Shown: positions 1 through 11,619, numbered from the stretch's first letter. The stretch: DNA of 64,000 nt from Porphyridium purpureum (GCA_008690995.1 VRMN01000002.1:1984001-2048000), one strand, 5' to 3'. Made by a program: numbers and translations. The notes: generated from the sequence alone by a model not told the origin.

Positions 1-356
1 CCCTCAACCAGACCCGCAATATCGACAAAGTCAATTACGGCAGGCGTCACTTTGACCGACTTGTTGATCAGCTTGAGCTTCTCCAAGCGCGGGTCCGGCA
101 CAGCGACAACGCCGACGTTGGGCTCGATGGTACAAAACGGAAAGTTGGCGGCCTGAGCATTGCCATTCTCCACAATCGCATTGAACAGCGTCGACTTGCC
201 AACATTGGGTAGCCCCACAATGCCGGTCTGCAACTTCATGTGGATAGCCGTCCCGCATATCGCGCGGCGCGCCCTCGCTGCGCCTGTCGATGACACCGCC
301 AATACATTTCGTGCAGACGCCCGCAATACCGGGACCGCGTGATGGAAGCACACCAT
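1..356 (-). CDS. ychF: Obg-family ATPase YchF/OLA1, 5' part only (runs off left edge), with probable organellar transit peptide
   Basis: Manual translation from ATG 356: [96 protein letters not shown]. Contains the G1 (GLPNVGKS), switch I ([10 protein letters not shown]) and DIAG motifs. Not in the ORF track because there is no stop in the window. Confidence 0.93.
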   Translation of the reverse strand, partial: MVCFHHAVPVLRASARNVLAVSSTGAARARRAICGTAIHMKLQTGIVGLPNVGKSTLFNAIVENGNAQAANFPFCTIEPNVGVVAVPDPRLEKLKLINKSVKVTPAVIDFVDIAGLVE

Positions 357-459
357 ACCAACGATATTCTCCTCTACAACGACCACGCAATCCCTCTGCG
401 TCCGAGATCTCCCTCACGACGTTCCGCCGGCGTCGGCAGCGACTGGACAAGCGCGCGAG

Positions 460-1098
460 ATGCATGGCAAGAAGCGACGACGCAGAACAGGGTCGGTCCG
501 CGTGATAGATGACGAGGACGAGGACGCGCCAGCGCTCGGCGTCGAGAAACTTGCGCGCGACCGGGGGATCTCTAGCAGACACGTCGAGCCGCGCAGTTCA
601 AAGGATGGTGTGAACGCGGGCGAGAAAGGTTGGAAGCGCGATGGACAGCTTGAGCAGGACATGCACGTAGTATATCAAAGCCAAGCGATAGGTCCATTAC
701 CGCACAGCGATGATCGGCATGAGTCAGTGGAAGCTGTGTACGAAGACATCGACGCTGCGGTAGTGGTGGCAGTGGAGGAGGCAGCTGCAGGTGGGTCGGT
801 GCGTGTATCGGGGACGTCAGCGAACAGAGCCGAAAAGGAGCGCAAGAGCGAAATTGAAATTGAGTTTCACGACCCGATGGCCGCACTGGACAGCGCTCAT
901 CAGAATAGCGAAGCTGGGCGGCAGAAGAGAACGGCATGGCGAGAAGCGGCCATGAACAATCGGTTCGGAATCCTGCCGGGCCCCAATTGGGATGGCGTCG
1001 TCCGTGGAAATGGGTTTGAGCAGCGGCTCTTTGCGAGAAAAATCCGAGCAGATGTCCGGCGTGACGCTAGACATCGTTTCCAGACGTCAGATATGTAA
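460..1098 (+). CDS. BUD13: BUD13/CWC26 RES-complex pre-mRNA splicing factor
   Basis: C-terminal NRFGILPGPNWDGVVRGNGFEQRLF matches the Bud13 signature NRFxIxPGxxWDGVDRxNGFE; upstream DPMA motif also present. Confidence 0.85.
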   Translation: MHGKKRRRRTGSVRVIDDEDEDAPALGVEKLARDRGISSRHVEPRSSKDGVNAGEKGWKRDGQLEQDMHVVYQSQAIGPLPHSDDRHESVEAVYEDIDAAVVVAVEEAAAGGSVRVSGTSANRAEKERKSEIEIEFHDPMAALDSAHQNSEAGRQKRTAWREAAMNNRFGILPGPNWDGVVRGNGFEQRLFARKIRADVRRDARHRFQTSDM

Positions 1099-1223
1099 CA
1101 TTTGCCTGATGAACATAAATTTACTAACGATTTCGTTAACCTCAGTTTGGTTACGGGAGAACTTGTCTTGGTGGCTTTTGCAACATAGGTCGCTCGGCCT
1201 GTCCTGTGGCGTCGGCATTCACG

Positions 1224-2528
1224 ATGCTGCCGTTGGAGTGGACTTCCGTGTCCTTTGTCGGGCAGAACGGCATCAATGGTCACCGTGGTCATTCCGAGTG
1301 GTGGATAAGAACGCAGCCGGGATCCGCACGCACAAACCGGCGTTCTTGCACATCCGCGCAAGCCAGCGTTGAGAAAAGTGACGACAAAGCCGCCATCTCG
1401 CTGGGTGGAAAGCTGCAATTGCGCACGCCTGTGGTCTTGGCGCCCATGGCCGGGATAACAAACTGGCCCTTTCGCTCTCTGTGCCGCGAATTCGCACACA
1501 ATGATGGCCTGTTTGTTTCCGAAATGGTGCTGGCGTCGGGCCTGGTGGACGAGGGCGGCAACGCGGAGAAAACAGCCATGATTGGCGCTTTCCACGAGTC
1601 CGAATCCCCGCGAAGTATTCAATTGTATGGCACGGAACCGGAATTGCTTCGTCGGGCTGTGCGAAGGCTGATTGAGGATGAACACACACGTGTTGACTCC
1701 ATTGATCTGAACTTTGGCTGCCCAATGAAGAAGATCACTTCCAAAGGCGGTGGCGCGGCAATACCAGCAGACCCTCAGAAATTGCGAGACATTGTGAATG
1801 CCGTCGTGCAAGAGGCAAGTCGCGCTGATGCACCCCGAAATGTTCCCATCACTGCGAAATTTCGGCTTGGACTGAGTGCCGAGCTTGGCGACACGTTCCT
1901 CGATTGTGGCAGGGCATGTGAAGACGCAGGCATTGCAATGGTCGGGCTGCACGCTCGGTACGCTGACCAGATGTACAGCGGTGAGGCAGACTGGTCCAAA
2001 ATCCGAACGCTACAGGAGGCGCTGACAATCCCGGTGCTTGGGAATGGTGACATATGGACTGCGCATGACATGCACCAAATGATGGAACAGACGGGCTGCG
2101 CGGGCGTTATCATTGGACGCGGATGTCTTGGACGGCCGTGGCTGTTTGCAGAGCTGCATGCCGCGTGGAATGGAGATACCGAGATGTCTGCAGGGGCTCT
2201 TTCTGTTGCCATGATTGCTTCAACTATGCTGCGACACACCCACCGGGCACGGGACTGGTTTTGCAATACGTACGGCCTTCCAGAAATTCGTGTTGTAGAG
2301 TCCATGCGGAAGCACTTTAGGTACTATTGTGGCTTCCTCGAGAGCCGGCGAACGGCGAGCAACAAGACTGCACCACTGTTGTCTGAAGTGAATCGTGTGA
2401 GCACATTTGACGAGGTCGAAGCATTCTGCTTGCGCCTAAGTCACAGCGATGATATAACCTTAAATCACGAGGTGCTAGCAAACCCACATTTAATTCACAA
2501 GTTGAACCGCAAGGGCCTTTCTTCTTGA
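1224..2528 (+). CDS. dusB: tRNA-dihydrouridine synthase, bacterial DusB type, with N-terminal extension
   Basis: LAPMAGIT, IDLNFGCP, LHAR, VLGNGDI and IIGRGCLGRPWLF motifs. First in-frame ATG is at 1224 (the track starts at a GTG, 1206). Confidence 0.92.
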   Translation: MLPLEWTSVSFVGQNGINGHRGHSEWWIRTQPGSARTNRRSCTSAQASVEKSDDKAAISLGGKLQLRTPVVLAPMAGITNWPFRSLCREFAHNDGLFVSEMVLASGLVDEGGNAEKTAMIGAFHESESPRSIQLYGTEPELLRRAVRRLIEDEHTRVDSIDLNFGCPMKKITSKGGGAAIPADPQKLRDIVNAVVQEASRADAPRNVPITAKFRLGLSAELGDTFLDCGRACEDAGIAMVGLHARYADQMYSGEADWSKIRTLQEALTIPVLGNGDIWTAHDMHQMMEQTGCAGVIIGRGCLGRPWLFAELHAAWNGDTEMSAGALSVAMIASTMLRHTHRARDWFCNTYGLPEIRVVESMRKHFRYYCGFLESRRTASNKTAPLLSEVNRVSTFDEVEAFCLRLSHSDDITLNHEVLANPHLIHKLNRKGLSS

Positions 2529-3751
2529 ACTCGCTCGGAATACGGAAAGATCGCGCGGCTCTCTTCTGTTGGGTTGCTTTTCATGTCAATGCTTGGTGCA
2601 ATGGCCGGTGGCTCGTGCTTGCGCCGTTGGCGTGAGATCGTGCAGGCTTTGCATTCCTAGAAGCTGATCATTGACACAACTCTCACGCTCACAAGATCAA
2701 AACTTCCGTAATTGCAAATACCGCTGTCGAGAGCGTCCAGCATGAGCTGGCAAGGAAGATTCACAACGTGCAGTGGGTGTCACAATTTCCAAACGCGACG
2801 GTTGAGAGCTGTTCCAGAATATTAGCCCAGAGATCATCCTTTCGTGCTGCACAGGAAGGCGAGACCAAACCAGCAAGTCTTTCCAACGTAACAGTCCACC
2901 CATTTGGTGCGCATGCCACTCATATGCAGTGTCTTGATTCTTAATGGCTTCATTCGCGCCCGCTTGATAATCCATCAACTGGCAGTACTGCTGTTGCACT
3001 GGAACTCGCGCACCATTACCCCTGCCCTGAATATATGTCCCGCGACATGACCGTGATGTGGCCTGCACAGAAAATTGTCGCTCTGAGCGACTACAGGCTC
3101 AAGCCAGAAGATCTTGCGCTCAAATTATTCCATGTCCATAGAAGAAGACATGGATCTTTTCACTGCGTGACCTGAGATTCCTTCTCGCCATGATGAAACG
3201 ACGCTTCACATTCTGTGCTTTCGAGCGAAGCGCTCTCGACTGCATCCGCGTCTCCATAAGCAAGGCGAGAAGACAATACACATCAAGCACTGGTGGTGGC
3301 GCCTCAAGTACCTGGTAGGTCAGTCGCTAGCTCATCGTGCGCTCGTTCCACGATGCTCAACGATGTCCACAATGTGATCAAGGAAGGCGTTGCTTTTTGT
3401 CATGTTTCGCTTGTGCGACTTGAGCGCGACTGAAAGCTCTTTCCGAACGTTTGCGGATGGCTACTAATATCATCTTTCGCACACGACAGCAGAAAAACAT
3501 TTCGTCATGAAGCCCAAGTGCCCACGACCAGCCTGCTCCGCGTCTGCCATGAACGCCAAGCTGCCGAAATCCAAGCACGCGGATCGGCTTATCGGTTTAT
3601 ATCGAACGCCTACTAAAATGTACATGTTTGCAGATACAAAATGCAAACGGTTTCTCTCAGGATGAAGGAGCGTGCGAACTTTTCGCAAACTTGACTCACG
3701 TCTCGCGGCCTGGAAGAGGTGGCAAGGTGTGCGCGTTCCGGTGAGAATGAC

Positions 3752-5278
3752 ATGGGCGGAACGCATTCCGATCCGGAGAGCGCGGACTCGATCCGCATCC
3801 CTAAACTGAAGAATGTGCGGACCACATTGAGACATGAAGCGCGGCCTTCATCAAAAGCCGAGAAGGACCCATCTTTGCCAGACACCACCACATGGTCCGG
3901 GCACGAAGCACTGGAACAAGGTTTGGAGAACGACGAAGCCCTTGAGGCTGAGCAGGCTGCCGTGGAGTTGGCGAGAGCTGCGAAGTCGCGGTTGCAAAGC
4001 AGAGTCAAGGCAGGGTTCACAACCAAAAAGAATGGCAGTCGAAGCGTTGACGTAGCGTCTTCAAAGAGGTCCGCGAAGGCCGTCGCCGCGACAAAGAACA
4101 ACTTGGAGCGGGCGCTTGCCGAAGTGTCACATACCGTGAATGATGAAAATGCGCAAGCTATGTCTGAGGAAGTCAAAGTTGCGTCGACAAGAAAACGGAT
4201 TTTGAAAGTTGTCGTGAGAGTCGCAGGAGAGCACATGGTAGAAGATGACTCTCCGTGCGATGACGACCAGGACCTTGCGCCGCGTAAGGTCGCCAAGAAA
4301 GCCAACTTGAAAAGCAAAGTGGAGGAAGTCGCCTCGTCGCGAGCGGTATCCGTTGGCTTGCAAGAAAATACTTACGTTTTTGCCAAATGCGGCGACTTTC
4401 CATGGTGGCCGGCACAAGTGGTGGCAGCTAGCAAGGCTGGGTATACGAGAAAGAGCAGAAAAACCGGTGAGCTCGAGTATTTCTGTGTGTTTTTCGAGCA
4501 TCCGAGGCAGAGCGCGTGGCTCGAAATAGATCAAATTAAGCCCTATTCTGAAGCAGAGACCGCCAAGATTGTGAAAAACAAGCCTTTGCTCACAGAGAAC
4601 CCCAATTTAGTTCCTGGAATCAGGGAGCTACAGGCATTCATGGAGATGTCGCGAAATGTGTCCATGACAGACAAGAAGAGTACCATGCACCGAGTGGCGG
4701 GATCATCAGCATCATCCGGAAAGAAGATAAAGGATACCGGCACGGTATCGTCTCGTGCGGATTCCCGTACTTCCAGAGCTGCAACGGTATCTGCCGGGGC
4801 AAAAGCAGTTAAGAAGAGGAAAATGCGAAAGTTCAACGAAGCTCCTTGTGCGCGGTGCCTCAGTGACCGATGTGTAGTTGAAAACACATCAAAGCCTCTT
4901 CTACTTGCCGATCGCAAGATTCCGGTGAGATGCACTCTGTGCCACCTGGAATTTTACACGTACATTCAGACGGAAGAAGAGGAACGAAATGATCGGGAAG
5001 GTTTGCCGCTCGGGTGGACAGACGCGTACGTCCGCGCGATTCGTGGGTACGGGTGGTATGAAGATCCGCCGCCAAACTATGTGCGGTTGAGGTACACGCC
5101 ACACGTTGATCCACTAAAACCCGCTGGCATGGGATTCTTGGCGCCGGGTGCAGGATGGGAGTATCGTGAGGGCGGTTCGAAGTACGGAATGGAGCCCAAT
5201 GCTGTAGACTCTGCCGTCCCGGCCGGTATGATGGGCCCTGGTGTCCAGGATGGAAGTGTAAATCAAGCCAGAACGTGA
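3752..5278 (+). CDS. PWWP-domain chromatin protein with possible C-terminal CxxC..CxxC zinc site
   Basis: YVFAKCGDFPWWPAQVV...YFCVFFEHPRQSAWL is a PWWP domain; CARC and CTLC follow later. First ATG at 3752. Confidence 0.8.
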   Translation: MGGTHSDPESADSIRIPKLKNVRTTLRHEARPSSKAEKDPSLPDTTTWSGHEALEQGLENDEALEAEQAAVELARAAKSRLQSRVKAGFTTKKNGSRSVDVASSKRSAKAVAATKNNLERALAEVSHTVNDENAQAMSEEVKVASTRKRILKVVVRVAGEHMVEDDSPCDDDQDLAPRKVAKKANLKSKVEEVASSRAVSVGLQENTYVFAKCGDFPWWPAQVVAASKAGYTRKSRKTGELEYFCVFFEHPRQSAWLEIDQIKPYSEAETAKIVKNKPLLTENPNLVPGIRELQAFMEMSRNVSMTDKKSTMHRVAGSSASSGKKIKDTGTVSSRADSRTSRAATVSAGAKAVKKRKMRKFNEAPCARCLSDRCVVENTSKPLLLADRKIPVRCTLCHLEFYTYIQTEEEERNDREGLPLGWTDAYVRAIRGYGWYEDPPPNYVRLRYTPHVDPLKPAGMGFLAPGAGWEYREGGSKYGMEPNAVDSAVPAGMMGPGVQDGSVNQART

Positions 5279-5414
5279 AAGAGCACACGAAGCGTCTTCG
5301 ATAGTCTGTGAGGCCAAAAGATGTGGAAAGAAAGAAGAAATGATATTGTAGGGGAAAAGCGGACACTGCTTTCTTCACGAATCCAGGTAATCGCTCATCG
5401 CCTCATTTCTGAGC

Positions 5415-5999
5415 TTATCTCTTTTTCCCCTTCTTCTTGTTCGCTGCGGCTGACGAGCCTGCCGCTTTCCCGTCGGCCGTCTTCGTCACCCCGAGGCTGA
5501 CGAGCGACATCGGGTCTCCGTGCTTCTCCAAACTACCGTTTCGTGCGCGAAAGTCCGCGAACGCGAGGGCGATATGGCGGTACAAGCTCTTCCTGCTTTC
5601 TATGTTGGGCATCAGTGGCTCCTTGTTTGCTCCGTCATCCTTGTACAACTTGACGCGAACACGGCCACGTGAGAAAAAGTCGCGCGAGTATGTCTTGTTC
5701 AGCTCAAGTTTAGCCACAATGCCGAGTTCACTGCAGATCTTGAAGATCTCGATCGCATGCGGAGAAATCACGGCGATATCCGAGCCCACTTTCCGCCCCT
5801 CGGCCTGTGTTTTTCTCTTGTCTAGGTACGCCGGATAGATCACTACCCACCGTGACGCGTCTACTGCTGCGGGCCCCGCTTTCTCTCCCGTATCAGGCGC
5901 AACCCCAGGCTCAGCCACAGGCACCGCTGCCGCAGGAGCACCAGCAGCACCGGCAGCACCGGCAGCACCGGCAGCAGACGACGATGATCCGCTTGCCAT
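5415..5999 (-). CDS. SRP19: Signal recognition particle 19 kDa protein
   Basis: RWVVIYPAYLDKRKTQAEGRKV and KTYSRDFFSRGRVRVKL, plus a basic C-terminal tail. Likely start ATG 5999; an upstream in-frame ATG exists at 6056. Confidence 0.93.
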   Translation of the reverse strand: MASGSSSSAAGAAGAAGAAGAPAAAVPVAEPGVAPDTGEKAGPAAVDASRWVVIYPAYLDKRKTQAEGRKVGSDIAVISPHAIEIFKICSELGIVAKLELNKTYSRDFFSRGRVRVKLYKDDGANKEPLMPNIESRKSLYRHIALAFADFRARNGSLEKHGDPMSLVSLGVTKTADGKAAGSSAAANKKKGKKR

Positions 6000-6163
6000 C
6001 ACGCTCTTCGCTCTCCTCTTCCTGCGCTCTACTTCCGGCGCCGACACACGGCACATGTATCCCTATCGGTTCATCTGGTTTAAACCGATAACTTTTGACG
6101 TCGCAAGTGCCGTCACTAGAACTGTGCCTCACGTCGCGTCTTCCCGGAGAAACACATGGGAAG

Positions 6164-7546
6164 ATGGCGTGCGCGCGCCGCCGAAAGGCGCCACTGGCGT
6201 TGGTGTGCGCAGCGCTGGTACTGCAGGTATTCCTCCAACGCCTCGTGCTGTCATCCGGCTCTTCAGCCGTGATTAAACTGCCGCTCGTCAAGAGATATGC
6301 CGTGCACGGCGGTACTCACCTTGGACGCCTGGCGATGCCGGAAAGCTTGATGATCCGGCGATTAGATGGCAGTCACAAAGCGATTTCGATCGTATCGCAA
6401 TTGCACGGAGGCTTCCGGCTCGGCGTCTTTTATATGCAAGTCGAGGTTGATGGCCTCCAGGTGCACGTGCATGTGGATACTGGCTCGGCTGCCCTGGCTG
6501 TGCCATTCATGCAATCATCCTTGTCAAGCACCACTGAGAGCTCTGTACAGTGCAACGCCGATGTGTGCCAGGGCAAGACCGACAGGTGCCGAATCTCGAG
6601 CAAGTGCGGAGGTTGTGGCGAATTTCGAGGCTGTTGTGCAAAGCAGAACGTGTCGCAATGTGCTTTCAACGTCCGGTACGCTGACGGTTCCAGTCTCGAT
6701 GGACATGTGCTACGAGGCGCTCTGAAAATTGGGAGCCTGCAAGCACCCGTGTACTACGGAGGCATTCAATCACAGACCACCAACTTTGCACGCGAAAACG
6801 TCACCGGCATTTTCGGACTCGCGCCTGCCGATCACGTGTGCTACCCGAATTGCCACAGAGCCCCGTTCGCAGAATTTGTTGAACAATCAAAAATTGACAA
6901 CGTATTTGCCATGTGCCTTGCGGCTGACGGCGGCGTGCTAAGTATCGGTGGCCTCGACCGGTCGATGGTAAATCTTCGTGAAGAGCCGGTGCACTGGATT
7001 CCGTACGACACGTCCGCGGATGTGTTTTCGATCGGCCGCTGCAACGGCATCAAAGTGGGCGATGTGATTATCGACATGAGTCACACTCCAACGAATCGGA
7101 TTTTGGTGGACAGCGGCACCACGCTAATCGTAGTGCCGACCAGCCTGTGGCGCCCAATCGAGAAAGCCTTTACCTCTAAATACTGCAGCGTTGTCAATGC
7201 TTGCAATACAACTGAAAAGTGGTTGTATCCGATGGGCTGCTACGAGCAGGAGCGTTCTTCCTTTGGCGGTTTTCCTACGCTCGAATTCAAACTTGCTGAC
7301 GGACATGTGCTCAAATTAGAACCAGAGATCTACATGGTCCCAGTGACACTCAATGGCAAAAAGTATACATGCTTTGGTGTCCAGGCGCAAGACTTGGGAC
7401 ACAGCAGCATCATTTTTGGAAACGTTCTCATGCAAAAGTACCTCACCGTTTTCGACCGCATGACGCACAAGATCGGATTCGGTTGGCCTGGCCACGCTTG
7501 TAGAGCGAACAATGAAAGCACATTGACAGCGTCCAAGTTTCCGTAA
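6164..7546 (+). CDS. Secreted pepsin-like aspartic protease (family A1)
   Basis: Two catalytic motifs (VDTGS, VDSGTT), flap RYADGS and IIFGNVLMQKYLTVFD. Hydrophobic signal-like N-terminus from ATG 6164. Confidence 0.92.
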   Translation: MACARRRKAPLALVCAALVLQVFLQRLVLSSGSSAVIKLPLVKRYAVHGGTHLGRLAMPESLMIRRLDGSHKAISIVSQLHGGFRLGVFYMQVEVDGLQVHVHVDTGSAALAVPFMQSSLSSTTESSVQCNADVCQGKTDRCRISSKCGGCGEFRGCCAKQNVSQCAFNVRYADGSSLDGHVLRGALKIGSLQAPVYYGGIQSQTTNFARENVTGIFGLAPADHVCYPNCHRAPFAEFVEQSKIDNVFAMCLAADGGVLSIGGLDRSMVNLREEPVHWIPYDTSADVFSIGRCNGIKVGDVIIDMSHTPTNRILVDSGTTLIVVPTSLWRPIEKAFTSKYCSVVNACNTTEKWLYPMGCYEQERSSFGGFPTLEFKLADGHVLKLEPEIYMVPVTLNGKKYTCFGVQAQDLGHSSIIFGNVLMQKYLTVFDRMTHKIGFGWPGHACRANNESTLTASKFP

Positions 7547-7616
7547 TTTTCGAGTGTAGACAGCAACTGGCCATATAAGCTCGTACCCAAGCAATCTTTG
7601 TTCTGTTTCTGGTGCC

Positions 7617-8081
7617 CTATCGACGGCACTTGCGAGTGTCGATTTCGTCCATGACCACCCCAACGTGCAAATGAGTTTTGCAACCTGGCCTATCCCTGTA
7701 GGTCTCAACCAATTTCCAAAGGGTTGCGTACATGTCAGGGCTCGATGCGTCCACTTTTCCTACAATCACCCAGCCCTTCTCTAGACACTCTACGACTGAA
7801 TGGCCCTGCGCAGTCATCTTGCTTGGCACCAGAGCAAACTTGCAAAAATAGTGGTATGGATTCCGCCCGTCATGCAAGTCTATCATCCAGACAAACCACT
7901 CGTCATCGCAATACTCTCGCAGCACATTCGCCGGCACGTGCCATCGCCATGCGCCGAAGGAAAGGCAGCAGCCGGCACTTCCTTTCGTGGCCTGGCACCA
8001 AATCGCTCCTCGCAGGTCTGCGTCCCGACGGCGGCTCGTCACATAGCGCCCTCGGTAATTCGTTCGGTGCACCAAGTACAT
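7617..8081 (-). CDS. Hypothetical protein (unrecognised)
   Basis: 154-aa ATG-initiated ORF with globular-looking composition; no motif recognised. Confidence 0.3.
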   Translation of the reverse strand: MYLVHRTNYRGRYVTSRRRDADLRGAIWCQATKGSAGCCLSFGAWRWHVPANVLREYCDDEWFVWMIDLHDGRNPYHYFCKFALVPSKMTAQGHSVVECLEKGWVIVGKVDASSPDMYATLWKLVETYRDRPGCKTHLHVGVVMDEIDTRKCRR

Positions 8082-10593
8082 CCTTGACTAACCCAACGCA
8101 GCGCGCACGTCCCAGTCCAACACCGCGGCAACGTCTTGGTATCCGTCCTTGCCGCCCCTCGAGCCCTGGAGAAGGTGAGACTCGTCGCGTGCACGTCTCG
8201 CGGCTTTTGACCTACGTTTTTACCAGGCCGAAGGGGCGCCTGGAAATCGTGCCGAGCAGGAAAGGGGTCGCACGTGCTTGAAGGGTCGCGATTGTGTGAG
8301 TTGAAACCAGCGATGTAATGATTCGGCGTCTCTGGTCAAGGACAGAAGGACGACACGTCCTCACCGGAGCGCGGCGTGTGCGGCGTTTGAAATGATTTCC
8401 CGAGTGCGGCGACACTTTGGCAGGTTCGCGCATGAAGCGAAGCCATTTGTGCAAGCGCTAGACGCTCAATTGATTTCGCACTTGGACTTGAATCACGGGC
8501 TACGTGCGGTGTTCAAGCCCGACGTGGTACAATAATATCAATGTTTAGCAGGTTGCGGCGAGCCATCGTCGCACACATCAAGGAAAGCCGCTGAGTCCCG
8601 AAAATGCATGGCACATGCAGAAGCACTGCTTTCGGTGTGCGGCGTGTACTATTATCTCTTGCTGAGCGTGCAGATCGATGCCGTGCCCTTTTGCACAGAG
8701 CTGGTCGCACTTCGCTCGGGCCAACACACGCACTCCATCGCGTGTTTGAGAAAGCCCTCATCTGCGACACCGCGCGAGCCTGGATTGCTGATTTTTGGCT
8801 GTTTGGGGACTATATCGACGCGGAATTTACGCACAGCGCCCTGCGTGTAGACATCTTGGCCGGGGAGTATCGAAGGTCCGCTGTGTTTCCAAAGGGCTGA
8901 TAGGGACGACGAGCCCTGCAACATCAGCAGGACTGAGGCGCTTCAGGTAGCTCGGTGTGCGTACGTGCCATGAGGGCGTTTGTTTCTCATGTGGTCTGTC
9001 AGCGGAAATCCCTTACAAGCAATTGCTCCAGTGCGCAAAATTCGTTCCACGTCGCACGTTGCCCCTAGCGCGACATGCAGATCGGTCGCCCATCCCTACA
9101 GATAGCATTGCGCAAAATCCGTGAGTTCGAGCGGAAGGTGCAGGCTGCCACGGCGATTGTTGCTGATTTGTGGAATGTACGTCATAGTACAAATGGATAC
9201 CGCCCATTTATCTCCGCGTTACTCAGAATTTGAGCGCGCTGCTGAGAAACATTCTTTCGTGATCGCATACGTGACAACGCGGAACCTGTCTTCCTCCACG
9301 GGGTTTTGATCCCTTCTTCTGCAAGTGCATGTTCTTGTCCTCGTGCTTGCGCGTGAGAGCACGCAACATGCCTCTTGTGCGCAACTCACCGCAGGCGCAA
9401 GCGACACTGTGCAAGCAGCAGGCGCTGATGCTTTTTGGAAGCCTGACATGGACTTTCTGTCGCTCATGTCGACAACCTGAATGTTGAAAAGAATCTTCAG
9501 TCGTGAGTAGCCTGCCGTAGCTTGAACATTACATGGGTGGCCGGAAACAGTGCATGGCCATACGCAATGAAAATGGGAGCTAGCATTGCTTCGAGACCGT
9601 GCAGCTAGATTGCAAAGGATCGCCGAACATCTGAGTGCAACGAGGATGAATGCGCAGCACCTGTGAGTCTCTGAAAGCCGAGCGTGCGCTTTGTGAACGC
9701 ATGGTCTACGGCAAGACGCCTCTCAGAGTTCGTCCAAACTTTACTCTTTAAACGAATACTTTGCTTCGACAAAAAAGGGTGCGACTCGTTGCCGCGCTGC
9801 TCGGCCTGCCCAGCGCGGTCTGTGAGTGACTGCTTCCATGACGCATGCTCAATACCTTACCGCCTCATCACGAATTAGGTGAGCTTGAGAGGGCTATATA
9901 AGTCCGTGACTTCATTTGTCGTTGACCGTATTTTTCATCGGACCCAGCAATGTCGCGCAAGAGCGGCTCAAAAGCGCTGACTACGCTGCCCAGGGGCATG
10001 AGAAATGGTGCACGGAGAAAGATTTGCATCAGCGCTCCGCCTGTATTGATCGTTCGACAAGCCAGTACACGAACAGATGAGAACCTTCGTTTCCACCGGA
10101 CCTGTTTTCCTGCGTCAACAGATGCTGTTTTTTTGCCCGTTCGCGGCTCCTCTAGTTCTTCTGGCCCGTTGACTCGCCCATTCTATGGCCCTTTCACGGC
10201 TATACCATACGCGGGCGCTGCGCGTGTTGCGTCTGCTTCTCAAGCTACGAATCATTGTGCAACCGAAAGCTCTGGCGAGCTAAATCCCTTCCCGATGCCA
10301 TGATGCACCAAAGATCAATATCTTGATTCAAGTCTTCGTCTCGTAGGGAGCGGCCTCCGCGCGCAAAGATTTGTAAAGTGTGCCGCTACTCCCAGCGAGG
10401 CGCGCAGAAGCATTCTCTTCACAACTATCAGCGGCACTTTGTCAAAACACGAGCTGCTCGCTGGCATGTCCTTGCAGCTTCACGAATTAACCGAGCTGAT
10501 GGTTGAGACGGAAATGCCGGCCTGCAAGGACATGGCGAGCGGAGACAAGCGGAGAAGCCCAGCATAGGAGAAGCCAGCTATCGCAAACCCGGC

Positions 10594-11619
10594 ATGAGCG
10601 AGGACGGAGTGCTATGGACAAATACACTCGCCGCCGGGATGTCGCGGAAACGTGCCTCCACGCAGGCGCGCGAAAGTGTGCGAAAGCGCCGCGGACTGCA
10701 AAGCTTAAGGCACATACGCGGCCGAACCGGTAGTGCGGCTCGCGCAGCTCAAGCGAGCGAAGACAAGGAGGAAAACACGGACGAGTTTGACCTCGACCAC
10801 GCTTTTCTAGAAGAGGTGTTACCTGCCTTACCGACCGATACAGAGCTGGCCGTTTGGGTCCTACGTGCTGCGGTGCCAAGAAATGAGTTGAAGGAACTGG
10901 CTGACGTGGTGCCCGTGGTACTAAGGACGCAGCTCTATGCGCTTGTGGCCGATCACGTGCTGCTGGACGCACATCTTGTTGAGCTGAAGAAGAAAAACAT
11001 TGTGGTGGAAATGGCTCTCTTCGGGCGTTCGGAGTTTGATACTATGGTCGTTCTGCGGGAGGATCTGGAGCAGCTCTCTATGCAGCGTGTGGAGCGTGCG
11101 CACACCTCCAAAATCGTTGAACATCTCCAGAAAGACAAAATGTGCACGAGGCTGTTCTTCAAGTATATTGGTCACGCGCCGATGCAGCCGCTGTCCACAA
11201 CCGGTGCCGAACTTTTAGAGGCTGTAGAAAAGAGCCGTACGGACCACGCATTGTGGGCCTCAACTTCGCTAACAAACGAGGAAGTTGTGCACCGTCTGGT
11301 GAGGATAGGTTTGCTCATCATGCGACATGTCATGGATGAATACTGGTTTTCTGTTCCGGGCCTGAGTGCGATGCTGCAGTGGATTCGTGCAGGCAGAAAG
11401 CAGCTTTTCAAGATGGTTCGTAATTCGTCTTTTGGCCAGGTGCTTGTCAGCAGTCTCGAAAGACGCCGCGTAGCGGGCTCCAAGCTCGACGCGACGTTTC
11501 ACATCCGCGACTTGGTTGGGCTGGGCCAACTTGAGGTAATTCGCACACCGGGCCAAGGTGCTCTCCTTCGGTGCCGGGACGACGTGTCCGCGCGTGCATC
11601 GCTCAATGATTTATGGTAG
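10594..11619 (+). CDS. STK19: STK19-like winged-helix DNA-repair protein
   Basis: PVVLRTQLYALV, YWFSVPG..IRAGRKQLFKMVR and FHIRDLVGLG..TPGQGALLR resemble the conserved STK19 blocks. Confidence 0.78.
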   Translation: MSEDGVLWTNTLAAGMSRKRASTQARESVRKRRGLQSLRHIRGRTGSAARAAQASEDKEENTDEFDLDHAFLEEVLPALPTDTELAVWVLRAAVPRNELKELADVVPVVLRTQLYALVADHVLLDAHLVELKKKNIVVEMALFGRSEFDTMVVLREDLEQLSMQRVERAHTSKIVEHLQKDKMCTRLFFKYIGHAPMQPLSTTGAELLEAVEKSRTDHALWASTSLTNEEVVHRLVRIGLLIMRHVMDEYWFSVPGLSAMLQWIRAGRKQLFKMVRNSSFGQVLVSSLERRRVAGSKLDATFHIRDLVGLGQLEVIRTPGQGALLRCRDDVSARASLNDLW

